From: a virus
Taxonomy: Duplodnaviria > Caudoviricetes
DNA length: 58,930 nucleotides
Reading direction: 5' to 3' (one strand)
Virus record (IMG/VR): IMGVR_UViG_3300021389_000024
Location: 1-58,930 of that record
Both the position numbers and the translations under genes were made by a program. Within the stretch, counting starts at the first letter, position 1. Every line of letters starts with the position of its first letter. Below are positions 18,901 to 27,386 of the stretch, piece by piece. The notes beneath the pieces were generated by a model that saw only the letters and a list, made by a program, of their open reading frames with translations, did not search any database and had not been told where the DNA came from.

Positions 18901-20427
18901 CTCGCTGTTTTGATCAAATACCAACACCCCACCAGCAGCCTCGTTTATAATCAAATTAGCGTCGGGAAATTTTTCTAAAATACTTGCTACATCAGCCCTA
19001 GTTTTATTTGGCATCCACACTAATGCTCTTTTAGAAGCCGGATCTAACATTGCTTCTATTTGCCCTTCATAATCATCGTCGGTTAATTCAACTTTGGAAG
19101 GATCAATACTACCAGTAAGGTTGTTATTAGTTATTCTAGCCTTGGCTTCATTTTGCAAATCTTGCTGCATTTCGCCGCCAGTAGAAATCATTTTATAAGC
19201 TTCTGCTATAACACCAGAAGGTGCTCCCCTTGCGCCACCAGCCATAGCACCCATAAACAAAGCTTCTATACCCCTAATTTTAGCTTCAGCTTTTGTGTAT
19301 TCTGGGTCTATTGCAAATCTTTGTTGGATAAGTATTTCTTCTTGTGCACGTTCAGTTAAACCCTCTGCTACTGCACTACCTGCAAAACCGACAGCGCCGG
19401 CTTTACCTAAATCTAATAAAAACTCACCTGCAGTAGAATCACCCGCAGCCTTTCTTAAAACTCTAAGATCTTTTTTAGAAAGTTCTCCTGGTTTATCTAA
19501 AATTTGTCTGACCGTGCTATTTTTCACTAAATCGCCTGTAGCTTTTTTAAACAAAGGCGCAAAGAAAGCCGCTTCTCCAACGACGTCTAAAACGGCTTGG
19601 GGAAAACCTAAAGCAACAGCCATTTTGGCTTCTTTTGCAGTTAGTTTATATCCAGCGTCGTCATACTCTTTAAATGATTGAGAAGCACCTACTATCTCGC
19701 CTTGTGTAAGTGCGCCTGTTACTGCACCTATAGTGGGAAGGCGCAGGCTTTCTGCTCTTGCTCTAGCATATTTATTACCCGCAACATCAAACATACCCCC
19801 TTTTCCTACTGGAGCTGACTTAGCATATTTTAAGCCATCAAACGTTGTATCTAAAATTTCTTGTTCTGCTTTAGTCAAACCTGGACCTCGGCCCAAATTA
19901 CCCATAACTTTTTTTCTTTGTATGTCTAAAAGCATTTGTTTGGCGTATGTTTTACCGCCCTGGCTTATAATTTGTTTACCTAAAAACCCAGCTAAAAGAC
20001 CAGTCCCCGCCGAAGCAAAAGAAAACATTGCCTGCGGAGTAGTCATTGTTATAGCTTTGGTACTTTGATCTAAAAAACCAGAAAAAGTAGGTTCATCTAA
20101 AAATTCTTCAAACTGTCCAAACGGCTCTAAAATAGTAGAAAAACTCTGTTCAAGTTCTCTTGAACGTTCCATTTTAGCTTCGGCAGCATCGGTATTGCCC
20201 CTCAAATAATCAACGATAGCACCAGCGGTGATTATGTCAGATTCAACTTGTTGTGCCCCAGCGCGTAAACCCGCAGATACTTGTCCACTAAAGCTAGTTG
20301 GGCCTACTACTGGGCCTTTTTGGTCAGGTTGTCCTACACGAGTTGGGCCTTTAACAGATGATAAAGATTCAACGTCTTGTTTTTGTACTGCAAAAAATTC
20401 AGCTAAAGGGTTAGAATTGTCAGCCAT
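12958..20427 (-). CDS. Large internal virion (DNA ejection) protein, polyvalent-like, with zincin motif
   Basis: 2489 aa; Gly/Ala-rich membrane-active N-terminus (AEGLTERAQE), THEMGH...EEWFAD, C-terminal QLKSFFY block typical of podovirus ejection proteins. Confidence 0.75.
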   Translation of the reverse strand: MADNSNPLAEFFAVQKQDVESLSSVKGPTRVGQPDQKGPVVGPTSFSGQVSAGLRAGAQQVESDIITAGAIVDYLRGNTDAAEAKMERSRELEQSFSTILEPFGQFEEFLDEPTFSGFLDQSTKAITMTTPQAMFSFASAGTGLLAGFLGKQIISQGGKTYAKQMLLDIQRKKVMGNLGRGPGLTKAEQEILDTTFDGLKYAKSAPVGKGGMFDVAGNKYARARAESLRLPTIGAVTGALTQGEIVGASQSFKEYDDAGYKLTAKEAKMAVALGFPQAVLDVVGEAAFFAPLFKKATGDLVKNSTVRQILDKPGELSKKDLRVLRKAAGDSTAGEFLLDLGKAGAVGFAGSAVAEGLTERAQEEILIQQRFAIDPEYTKAEAKIRGIEALFMGAMAGGARGAPSGVIAEAYKMISTGGEMQQDLQNEAKARITNNNLTGSIDPSKVELTDDDYEGQIEAMLDPASKRALVWMPNKTRADVASILEKFPDANLIINEAAGGVLVFDQNSEVSREKRGTAFENDFTNPETFQGLFNLSALPESGDIIIRAIDSKGRTIDYEAVPADEASIEAASRNLQANNPNAEIVAETETDFFERTQPLQEELFFGEETDAELQGSRPSRFQRTLKPKAKRKPKAKAKPVKKNVPFKTFLRNNKLDPKAVGVAELRDRLDRGTFSYTKTGGMGVDQLIEAAVDAGYLREDNAGPDGQKTYTVDDIVNLVDSNATPLADQEDSFEAQYEARRLEEEGEGETTSPIQDFVQRSSPITRDLGEDRDEALADAMANNAATAEDIFAEGDSQEGVTTPTEEATDDDNDGRVFADAGDETLQTGKFVEGTLLFSVPKRAISAYESDTLKQKETPSEQEKQEFLDAIGPQVSTVNFDNVPLNLITEVMKAKKRDPSLDVGIEVQENDAGELAYNARVLSSSFDQDLNVAIQNATNPQHLRDDLRKKYASDTGLDKLPGFNVPLVATKMDAVEPTVRGGVYAQPNLFSENLRPKTAAPDQLYGRTNGVSIIQLLDFIIDRDGIDLNISREARYAQALPTLIADLEAIGRPLHYGVKGSQKNIIEYLNTASQEIVIAPIDVEYGPGGTVKNITEIDDGNSRVKFNKNTIRQGLRVPSAEFPGGQNIRAPRPAVGKEGFIAQIIEKVGAPEGLSDRLFRDEISKRFPGEVVPTDPVNVNPQQSIPGVDTVDRGPAFSPLVFDRTDQEAILDFLVENYPELNEPRAGYITLNEFAIGDPSLYADPGPAQREQIEGAEREYDQEDTVDVLNQTWFNNLQQRIAEDADKTRAVTIKYLNGVQAVKTAEANNEGISVLRKPGEKHYGNPFSHLPNARDARKTKNLEDSVIQYEKWLEGTAHTDFKQERRQWVLDQIAEGKLAGKTILYYINQRPNHAESLKAFAQKNQPKTTTRPLKLQGATISPNVSDYFNNPDPTKKPSKSADSKNNFAYKLLEVTKSIFKYNRKLTMITPEELIQQTQMSKRVSKMTPTKVGHYAFLEDTQESFRDRTLFTYARKMQEDEKLAQYVYLPDTDEDVILIDIQRIRGFSGRVSGLYNQPREGILFADRFGEISPEENRIENADLTTAGQQRLDGVSLPVAMLALTHEMGHAVFRTELQLLFKNQRGLKFLMDAFEKERDTTTDPKAKEQYNSKYGFEEWFADKLATVLLKKIRTGETARGGDFVSGYFTRLFKKIENVYKKMRNLVFGERFSETASGFGDFETYVNKVMENGRTYQSLHDSLQGMSFGQEVQVRNVIEETIKESGKSVSRQTLESIKTKVIQMLRAKLPGQTTDKGYWSVAYLLQTSDGYLRGLGEAGKDIAKKLYSRSSSKDKFGFINARTLITNQNLNSLYDTRDENGNLVFRDGNGELNIELIAEAALQAEDDRVNTNDLPVAAKAMRKVLQDFYETYITPNNPNIRYKENFFSRHWLLSSIVNDPQKRQKLADLLAKYNPTVAKPKGFESWLAFVEAWAITDEDSDSTGNEKQSAEEDASTLSVGMAQERKKYFDKIPNHAARRGLDANGDINAEGDAGLLAPADFAIKSYIESITKKLEYEKAITVAPTEADKAKLEELYGENKAEVLTKLAEGETEVAGWRAMEILLSRIEDDASREGARKAIEAQLGKVGMNMSPVMRQLNSWALLGNMVTLLTFAAIASLPDLAGPVLRSKDMNDKFGTIVEQLQYTIKNKKEAEQFARDLGVVTHDSIETMYINAAELGFMTEDTKRYARGFFRITLLEQYTKFTRVFAAGMGQQYLIRLAQKAKDGDETAIRHLGELQKNLTPDEVLEWASANKNGQKRFDTEGGKKVQEALGRFVEESIVRPNAAERPVWASNPYFALVWQLKSFFYAYGKNIVGGAIREGRNKYRSDGQLSSRIMPVIIMATLLLPLTAIGLELREFIKFLGRSAIGDEAGADRAFRSDKMPWGTYMFELLDRSGIYGPFGLLLPMAQAERYGDAWFLPALGPTAERFDDIFIDRTINTKDYLPFAASIF

Positions 20428-22517
20428 TATTCAGGCTCTTTATTTTCACCAGCCATCGCATTAAGTAGCTCTAGCCCAGCAGGACCAAGCTCTTGACCAG
20501 CCTGGTAAACTGAGATTTTTGCCCCAGTTATAGCCCCGTTTTGATCTAAAAATTCAAAATAAGGCCTACTATCCCCTCTATCAACTAAACGAATATTAGC
20601 TTTAATTGAAAACTTAGCTGCATCTGGCCCACTAGCTTGACCAAAAGATGCAATTTTTCTCCAAAAAGAAACTTTTCCGTTTGCTTGTGCCCATTCTTTT
20701 ATCCATTGGCTAGCTTTAACTTCATAAGCTAACTTTCCAGCTGCATCATTATTTGCAATTGCTTGGGCCCCAAAGCTGGTTAAGTCTGTTAAATCAGTAT
20801 TTAATGCTCCGTCATTATCAAATACTTTAAATTTGTTTATTTCATTCCTAAAGTAATCAGTGCCTTCTCGTTTTGCATTCATTCTGCCAGTTTCGGCAGT
20901 CATTCTGTTAGTTTGAGCTTGGAAATCTAAAACACCAAACTGTGCCATGCTTATAATTGCATCCATATTTCCAGACATTAATTCTGGGTCTGCAGAAATC
21001 ATAGCCATAACAATACCCTCATTGACTTGTTTCTGAAGTCCTACAAGCCTAATGTTATTTTGTGCTTTTTGTAAGTAACTAACTATTTTCTTTTGTAGTT
21101 CGTTAGAAGGAGGTTTTCCTCCAGTTATAGTGTTTATTGCAGCTAAAATAGTTTGTTCATCACCACTAAATATAGCTGTTTTAAAAGCGTCTCTTTGTTT
21201 AGAAGTTAAGGAAAACCCTTCTTTTTTAAGGTCTTTATTTGTAGAGGTAGTCACTTCAGTAGGAAGTTTAGTTCCTAATTCAGCTGTTATACCATCTCTT
21301 TCGTTGGTTTTAGCTTCAATTTGAGCTTCTATGCTTGCCCTATTTCTATCAGAAACATTTCCTTTTAACTGGTTTTGAAGACTTGTAATTTCTTCAGTCA
21401 ACTTGGTTTCTTTTGTGTTTTGTACTTTTACTAAAGCCTCGTAAGAATTTTGTGCACTTTGTTTTATGTTATTAAGGGTGTCCTGTTGAGATGTTAAAAG
21501 CCTGTTTAATCTTCCTTGTTCATTGGCACTTAACTCACCCTTGTTTTGCAATTCTTGTATTGCATTTTGATTAGCTATATACACTGATTTGTATTTTCTT
21601 GATTTAGATAGACCCCCAACTGCGGTACCGCCGCTTGGCCATTCAGCTATTTCTTCTTTTGAATATGCGACGGTTGGATCAAGGCTATTTAGAACATTTA
21701 TTCTAGATTGATTAATAGCCAGTTCAGTTTGGCCTTCTTCTTTTGTTCCTGTTGGTGATGATGTATCAAGACCATCATCAGTAGGTGTTGGTCCAGTGCC
21801 AGCATCAACTTCTTCAAAAAAAGCTGCGATTCCTCCTTCTTCAGAAAATAGAGCATTGTCTAATGTTTTAGAAAAAGTAGGTATGTCTTTTATGTATTCG
21901 CCTGCTACGTTACCGCCGATTGCTCCTGTTATAGCGCCTTTAACTGATTTGTATCCATCATTTAAAAGACTGATAGGAACGAGCTCTACCATATCTTCTT
22001 TTACAGCTTCCTCGCCGCCTGCTGCATTAACATCAACTGCGTCCTTTCTACTTTTCGTTATAGGAGCATTATCATAAGATTCGCCAGTATTGGTATTAGT
22101 AACTTTAACAGGTAGCTTTAAAAAACCCTCGCCGTCTATCTTAGTAAAAGTAGAGTTTTTAAAATCAAACTCTTTCATAACGCCTTCTCCTCCGCCCAAA
22201 AGCGCTTGTGCTGCTAATGTTTCGTTATAGGCTATTTCGGATCCCTTTTCAAACCCATACAAAGTTATAAAATCAGAAAACTCTGGGTTTCTTATGTCTT
22301 TTATAGTATCAAGCTCTTTTATTCTTTCTGGAGACGCATTTTGTCGTTCAGCTATAGCATCGTCACCAAATTGAGCTTCTACGGCTTGAAATTTTTTATT
22401 GGATTCTTCCTTTTTTGCAAGAAGACTAGACCTAGCCATTTCTTCATTGTATTTTCTTTCTGCTAAACTAGGGGCTTTTCTAGGTGCTTGACCAAATATA
22501 TTATCTAAAATTCCCAT
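20427..22517 (-). CDS. Putative internal virion/ejection protein
   Basis: 696 aa, coiled-coil rich, positioned between adaptor genes and the giant ejection protein. Confidence 0.6.
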   Translation of the reverse strand: MGILDNIFGQAPRKAPSLAERKYNEEMARSSLLAKKEESNKKFQAVEAQFGDDAIAERQNASPERIKELDTIKDIRNPEFSDFITLYGFEKGSEIAYNETLAAQALLGGGEGVMKEFDFKNSTFTKIDGEGFLKLPVKVTNTNTGESYDNAPITKSRKDAVDVNAAGGEEAVKEDMVELVPISLLNDGYKSVKGAITGAIGGNVAGEYIKDIPTFSKTLDNALFSEEGGIAAFFEEVDAGTGPTPTDDGLDTSSPTGTKEEGQTELAINQSRINVLNSLDPTVAYSKEEIAEWPSGGTAVGGLSKSRKYKSVYIANQNAIQELQNKGELSANEQGRLNRLLTSQQDTLNNIKQSAQNSYEALVKVQNTKETKLTEEITSLQNQLKGNVSDRNRASIEAQIEAKTNERDGITAELGTKLPTEVTTSTNKDLKKEGFSLTSKQRDAFKTAIFSGDEQTILAAINTITGGKPPSNELQKKIVSYLQKAQNNIRLVGLQKQVNEGIVMAMISADPELMSGNMDAIISMAQFGVLDFQAQTNRMTAETGRMNAKREGTDYFRNEINKFKVFDNDGALNTDLTDLTSFGAQAIANNDAAGKLAYEVKASQWIKEWAQANGKVSFWRKIASFGQASGPDAAKFSIKANIRLVDRGDSRPYFEFLDQNGAITGAKISVYQAGQELGPAGLELLNAMAGENKEPE

Positions 22518-22520
22518 TGT

Positions 22521-23072
22521 TTAACCTCCACCTCCGCCACCAGTTATAACTTTACCAACAGTACCGGCAATATTACCTAAAAATCCGTAGTAACTACGTT
22601 TAGCCCCAGCCCTTGCTTTAGTGTATTGATTCTCTCTAGCCACTCCAATATCTCTAAAAGATTGTAATTGTGCTAAAGCAGATTTAACTCCGCCCTGTAA
22701 AAATTCAGTAATTGCAAGAGTATTTGCTAAATTTATTTCATCGTCAGATCTTCTAGCTAAATTCATAGCCCCCGAAACTGTAGAAGCTTCAGCCAAAGAT
22801 CCTATTTTAGTTAATTCTTTTTGTTCAGCGCCGGTAAGTTGAACTCCGTAACGGCTTCTGTTACGTGCTGCTTCTGCTTGTGCCCTTTCGTTTGCGGCTA
22901 TAGCTTTATTTTGTTGTTTTTCAACAGTATCAATATCTGTCATAAGCGCTTGCTCGGCTTGCCCTAATCTTTGAACATTATCTTTAAGAACAATTCCATT
23001 TTCTGTTTTATATGACTTTTTGATGTCTTCAAGTTCTTCGTTTTTATATTGTAAATTACTTAAGTTAGCCAT
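22521..23072 (-). CDS. Putative small ejection protein
   Basis: Ala/Gln coiled coil with Gly-rich hydrophobic C-terminus; operon position. Confidence 0.55.
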   Translation of the reverse strand: MANLSNLQYKNEELEDIKKSYKTENGIVLKDNVQRLGQAEQALMTDIDTVEKQQNKAIAANERAQAEAARNRSRYGVQLTGAEQKELTKIGSLAEASTVSGAMNLARRSDDEINLANTLAITEFLQGGVKSALAQLQSFRDIGVARENQYTKARAGAKRSYYGFLGNIAGTVGKVITGGGGGG

Positions 23073-23074
23073 TA

Positions 23075-23836
23075 TTACGATCCGGGAGTACGAGTTTTAC
23101 CGTCAACTTCTGAAATTTCAAGCGTTTGACTTGGGTCTAGTCTTGAAAGAGTAGATAAAGGGTTAACAGCACTATAAATAGGGTCTCCTGTATTAAAGCC
23201 AAATGTCTTCTTTTGTTCTTTTTGGTAGTAGGGTTGATTACTAGAAACTCGTTGCTCAAACTGTTCTGATGTTAATGGATTACCATCTTTGTCATAATAT
23301 GTACTTTTGTTGGTATCTACATCAACCCCTGCTTTTTTTGCCTGGCCCGCAACTAAACCACTAATAAAGGACCTTCCAACACCAGATCTAGCTTCTGCTA
23401 TGCTATCTTTTGCAACAGCACTGGTTAAACTTTTACTGGCTTCTTGTTGAGCAGTTTTAACTTGACCACCACTTTGTATTAAATCTGATTCATATTGGCT
23501 TTTTACAAAAGCTAAATTTCTTTGGGCTTTGTCTCTTTCCTCTAGGTTATTTCCCGCGGCTTGAATTTGAGTTTGAATAGTAGCTAAATTTGCGGCTTGA
23601 TCTAAACTTTTAGCAGCATCATACCCCGCAACTTTATTTGCAACTCTTGCATCTAAGTTCATTGCGCCGGCCGCTTGGCCTTCTCTATCAATTTGAGCTT
23701 TTTCACCCAATCGCTGTTGTGATTGGTTAAACTTCTGCTCAAACATAGCATAAGACTTTTCGGTTGTTTCTTTAGCCATGCGCTCTGCAGGCGTCATAGT
23801 TGTAAAGTTTTTCTTTTTTACTTTTCTGCTTCCCAT
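23075..23836 (-). CDS. Putative small ejection protein
   Basis: Ala/Gln-rich helical protein; operon position. Confidence 0.5.
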   Translation of the reverse strand: MGSRKVKKKNFTTMTPAERMAKETTEKSYAMFEQKFNQSQQRLGEKAQIDREGQAAGAMNLDARVANKVAGYDAAKSLDQAANLATIQTQIQAAGNNLEERDKAQRNLAFVKSQYESDLIQSGGQVKTAQQEASKSLTSAVAKDSIAEARSGVGRSFISGLVAGQAKKAGVDVDTNKSTYYDKDGNPLTSEQFEQRVSSNQPYYQKEQKKTFGFNTGDPIYSAVNPLSTLSRLDPSQTLEISEVDGKTRTPGS

Positions 23837-23840
23837 AACT

Positions 23841-24284
23841 CTATAATTCTTTTCTAAATGTGTAACTAATTAAATCAAAGCCCATTGTAGGGGCTTCTTT
23901 TTTCCAACCTTCTCGGCTACTTTCAAATTCAATAGCAACAGCGTTATATTCGCTTGCTAGTTTCTCTAAAAAAGTAAAACCAACATTTCTATAATTATAC
24001 TCCGGTTTTTGGTAAGTTGCCCATATGTGTAGGGTGACCTCACCACTTTTGTTTTTAAGGAACTGCACAATTAAAAAGCCTACGTACACATCCTCTTTGT
24101 AGAACATATACAAAACAGCTTCGCCTTCTCGCAAGGCTACATAAACATCAGAAGTGATCCAGTCAGCTCGCGCTTTTTTTATGACCTTCTTTAGGTGAGG
24201 TTCAATTTTCTCGAAAGAATACTTTACTTCACTCTGAGGAATTTCTTCAATTGAGATCCCATCAATAATCGATCTCTGAACCAT
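23841..24284 (-). CDS. GNAT-fold-like protein preceding the ejection genes
   Basis: YVGFLIV...LHIW...LEKLASEYNAVAIEFESSREGW...MGF pattern; same position as in other podoviruses. Confidence 0.5.
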   Translation of the reverse strand: MVQRSIIDGISIEEIPQSEVKYSFEKIEPHLKKVIKKARADWITSDVYVALREGEAVLYMFYKEDVYVGFLIVQFLKNKSGEVTLHIWATYQKPEYNYRNVGFTFLEKLASEYNAVAIEFESSREGWKKEAPTMGFDLISYTFRKEL

Positions 24285-24945
24285 ATCTCTTGTACCTTTT
24301 ACGAGGGGCTAGTCCTGCGCCTCTATATCTAACTGTTCTTTTAACGCCTAAATCTCCGCCTCTAGCTTTAAGTTCTGCTTGTACAATTTCTTGATTAAAC
24401 AAACCTAAATAGTCTCTTGAAGCATTTATATCAGTCCAGTCTTTAGAAGGTATTCTTAATAGTCTATATAAAGTGCCGTAAACAATACCATCTCTGTAAC
24501 TGTTTGAAAAAGAAGTGTCAATATTACTTGTGGTTCTACTAGGCTTTAAAGCAACTGATACTTGAATCCCATTAGTGACTGCACTACCAGGAACTGGTAT
24601 TAGCCAAAACGTACTTGGGTTTTTTTGCAAATAAACTTGTGGTACTGAGGTTTTATTTCTCCAATCAGAATAATTTAACTCTAAGCTTCTAGGACTGATA
24701 GGATCTAAATCGTGCCCATCATAAGTCATCCATAAAATTGCATGCACATCTGTGCCCGAAGGTTGATCGAACTCATATTCATACACCCCACTAATACTTG
24801 TAATTGGGTCTAAGTCATATACATAAGCTTTAGATCTTTCTGCAAATTCAATACAAGCCGACCTTAAAGTTGATTCAACTAAAGCATCTGGACAATTAGG
24901 TACGTACGGAAGTACATCTTTTACTAAAGAATCAAATGAAGCCAT
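24262..24945 (-). CDS. Head-tail adaptor (tail tubular A-like) protein
   Basis: VLPYVPNCPDALV...ACIEF...LKPS...GTLYRLLRIP.KDW motifs; position after the MCP. Confidence 0.65.
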   Translation of the reverse strand: MASFDSLVKDVLPYVPNCPDALVESTLRSACIEFAERSKAYVYDLDPITSISGVYEYEFDQPSGTDVHAILWMTYDGHDLDPISPRSLELNYSDWRNKTSVPQVYLQKNPSTFWLIPVPGSAVTNGIQVSVALKPSRTTSNIDTSFSNSYRDGIVYGTLYRLLRIPSKDWTDINASRDYLGLFNQEIVQAELKARGGDLGVKRTVRYRGAGLAPRKRYKRYGSEIDY

Positions 24946-25661
24946 TATCTAACCCCCTGTGTTACAGGTTGTGGAGCATTAGTTTTATCAGTGTTTGGAT
25001 CAAGTAAATTTTTAGCTTGTCCTCCACCACTTAAACTAGAAACAAATAATTGATAGTGTGTATTGGCTCTTTGTTGACTGCCTGCAAATTCTGCATCTTT
25101 CATATAACACCTATATAAAACATAATCTACAATAGCATTACCATAAATATCATCGATATAGATAGTGCTACTTGTAGCGCTTAAATCTGTAGGGTTTCTA
25201 GCTGTTACCAATTCTACATAAGCATTTAATCCAGACTTTACACCCGGATATACATAAAATTTTCTAGGGTCATCTGGATCATAAACATAGTGTTTAATAA
25301 CAGAACCGTGAGCTGCATCCCCCGTAACAGTAGGGTCATGCCAGTTTGGTTCTATAGAATTTAAAACTTCACCATCAACAAGCCTAATACTTCTTTTGCC
25401 TGTTGCACTACCACCAGCAGCACTCATGTTGCGTACTACTTTTATTAAAGACAAAGCCACATCTGGTATAGATTGCTCTGTACCAGTAGCTAATTGTACA
25501 TTTGAATGATCAGCTGCAGCTTCTGGTCTAAAGTTTACTACTTCTCTTTGTGCATCATTTATAGAACGAAGCAATTCAGCTTCAGTCCATCGAACGCCAG
25601 TTGTATCCTGCAGGGTGTCCTGGATTCTGGATATTAAATTAGCGCCCGTTAATGTACCCAT
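24945..25661 (-). CDS. Head-tail adaptor protein (DUF6682-like)
   Basis: LQDTTGVRWTEAELLRSINDAQRE, FYVYP, AIVDYVLYRCYMKD. Confidence 0.7.
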   Translation of the reverse strand: MGTLTGANLISRIQDTLQDTTGVRWTEAELLRSINDAQREVVNFRPEAAADHSNVQLATGTEQSIPDVALSLIKVVRNMSAAGGSATGKRSIRLVDGEVLNSIEPNWHDPTVTGDAAHGSVIKHYVYDPDDPRKFYVYPGVKSGLNAYVELVTARNPTDLSATSSTIYIDDIYGNAIVDYVLYRCYMKDAEFAGSQQRANTHYQLFVSSLSGGGQAKNLLDPNTDKTNAPQPVTQGVR

Positions 25662-25978
25662 TATTTTTTAGCAGTTTTCTTTACCGTTTTTTTAGCAGCC
25701 GGCTTTTTCTTAGCGGGTGCTTTACCATCTACATAGGCTTCGTTTATATCAGGTGTAGAGGGATCGTCAGGAATATAATGTCCTTTTTCATCTCTAGCTC
25801 TAATAGGTTCGCTTGGCTTTTTATCTTTAATTGAATGGGGTTTGTGTTCTGTACACCCCTCTTGCAAGCACAATAGGCCTATGTCATGTCCAACTTCTTT
25901 TGGTACGCCAGCTTCCAGTCTGATTGATGCGCCCCAGGTGGTTGAGATATACCTGTCAATATCTGATACTACTATCAT
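25661..25978 (-). CDS. Hypothetical virion-associated protein
   Basis: TAGGAG RBS; RARDEKGHYIPDDPSTPDINEAY motif and basic tail. Confidence 0.6.
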   Translation of the reverse strand: MIVVSDIDRYISTTWGASIRLEAGVPKEVGHDIGLLCLQEGCTEHKPHSIKDKKPSEPIRARDEKGHYIPDDPSTPDINEAYVDGKAPAKKKPAAKKTVKKTAKK

Positions 25979-25989
25979 CTTTTACTCCT

Positions 25990-26019
25990 AAAAAAGGGGT
26001 GGCTCAAAATGAACCACCC
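25990..26019 (-). terminator. Rho-independent terminator after the MCP
   Basis: Minus strand GGGTGGTTCA-TTT-TGAGCCACCC followed by a T-tract. Confidence 0.8.
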
Positions 26020-26031
26020 ACAAAAACATAC

Positions 26032-27177
26032 TTAGTATGCAACGTCCAATCTAATGACACCAAAGTCTTCAACGCCACCATTGTAGTCGCTGTTAAACTT
26101 AGGCTTCTTAAGACCGAAGATTTTACCAATGGAGATACCATTTTGGTTACCATAGTCGAAAGTATCTTCAACTATTTGTGGTAGACCAATATCTGCCATA
26201 GCAAGAGCTTGAGCTCCACAGAATAAACAAGCAGAACCGTTGACATCAGCGTCAGCGCCCCATTTGTATCCAGCAGAACCGGCATTTGAAGATGTTCCAG
26301 TAGTTGCATTAGCAGTGTTAAACACATGTCTAAACTCATGGACCATAATACCGTCAACCATTAGACTTGAAGAACCAGCGAACAAGCTGTTGCTTGGTCC
26401 TCTGACTCCAGCATTTCTGACGTTAGCCAAGAAATCTGAATCAAGTTTAAGGTCAGCCATTACTTGAGGTGATACAAATAAATGATACATCTCATCTCCA
26501 CCTGCGCCTCTTACTCCACGGATGTAGTTGTCTTTAGCATAAGCTTTAAGAGCAACTAAACACTCGTAAGTAATGGTGTCAGCAGCTGCAACTGCAGTTA
26601 CGTCACCAGCAACAAGTTTACTAGTAGCATCCCATCTTCTATGTCTGTTAGAAGTTGGAGCTGTTACATCTGAACCAAAAGTCATGTCGCCAAGATTTTG
26701 TCCTGAAGTCAGAACAGGTCTCAAAGCACCACTGTTTTTGATTGTGTAAGAAATACCAGAAAGCGTTAAGAACGCTAATTGGTCAATACGATCTGCCATT
26801 GCATAAGCAAGTGCATCACGTGAGTTCTCACGGAAATTAACAACTGATTTTTGATCAGCTAATCTACCAGAAAGTCTATTAGCAAATCTCAATTGATCGA
26901 GTTGTACAACAATGTCGTAGGCTCTTAAGGTCTCTTCATTACCTTCTAAGGTGTTGTCTCCAACGATACCGTCACCAGTCATGTCAGCTAAAAGTGTTAA
27001 TACAGCTCTAGCTCCTTTTTCTGATTGAGTAAGTTCAGATATTCTCTGAACCATAGCATTAGATCCGCTACCTGCGAATTGGTTAATGAAGGACATATTC
27101 CTAGCGACACGCCAAAAATCACGTGACCAGATAGTTAATTGTTCGCTGGTCAACGCGCTAAAGTTTGTGTTAGCCAT
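26032..27177 (-). CDS. Major capsid protein (N4-gp56/DUF4043-like)
   Basis: GGAGG RBS before ATG at 27177 (MANTNF); GDNTLEGNEE, LDQLRFA, FDYGNQNGISIGKIFGLKK, EDFGVI; follows scaffold and is followed by a terminator. Confidence 0.9.
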   Translation of the reverse strand: MANTNFSALTSEQLTIWSRDFWRVARNMSFINQFAGSGSNAMVQRISELTQSEKGARAVLTLLADMTGDGIVGDNTLEGNEETLRAYDIVVQLDQLRFANRLSGRLADQKSVVNFRENSRDALAYAMADRIDQLAFLTLSGISYTIKNSGALRPVLTSGQNLGDMTFGSDVTAPTSNRHRRWDATSKLVAGDVTAVAAADTITYECLVALKAYAKDNYIRGVRGAGGDEMYHLFVSPQVMADLKLDSDFLANVRNAGVRGPSNSLFAGSSSLMVDGIMVHEFRHVFNTANATTGTSSNAGSAGYKWGADADVNGSACLFCGAQALAMADIGLPQIVEDTFDYGNQNGISIGKIFGLKKPKFNSDYNGGVEDFGVIRLDVAY

Positions 27178-27205
27178 TGGGCTATCCTCCAAAAAAAATA
27201 ATACC

Positions 27206-27364
27206 TAGCCAACTTATTGGAGCGGCTATTTACCCGTATACCCTTTTTCGTTGGGGAGACGCTTTCATAGTTTTACGAACATGACCTCGATCAGTTTTAC
27301 GCCGTGACAGGCGAAAACGTTTTTTAGTGGAACGACCCACACTAATTATCGTATTAGTACCGAA
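27206..27364 (-). ncRNA. Structured 5' leader of the MCP gene (tandem mini-pseudoknots)
   Basis: Repeated CG-stem-CG-(T/A)AAAA-stem units with complementary arms; see findings. Confidence 0.55.
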
Positions 27365-27373
27365 TTCTTATAT

Positions 27374-27382
27374 CTTATACCA
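27374..27382 (-). promoter_or_regulatory. Putative extended -10 promoter for the MCP
   Basis: Minus strand TGGTATAAG (TGnTATAAT-like) directly upstream of the structured leader. Confidence 0.4.
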
Positions 27383-27386
27383 AGCC

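Noticed and set aside
12958-20427. Virion RNA polymerase (N4- or crAss-like)
   Set aside because: No DxDGD or T7-type polymerase motifs recognised; ejection-protein features fit better.
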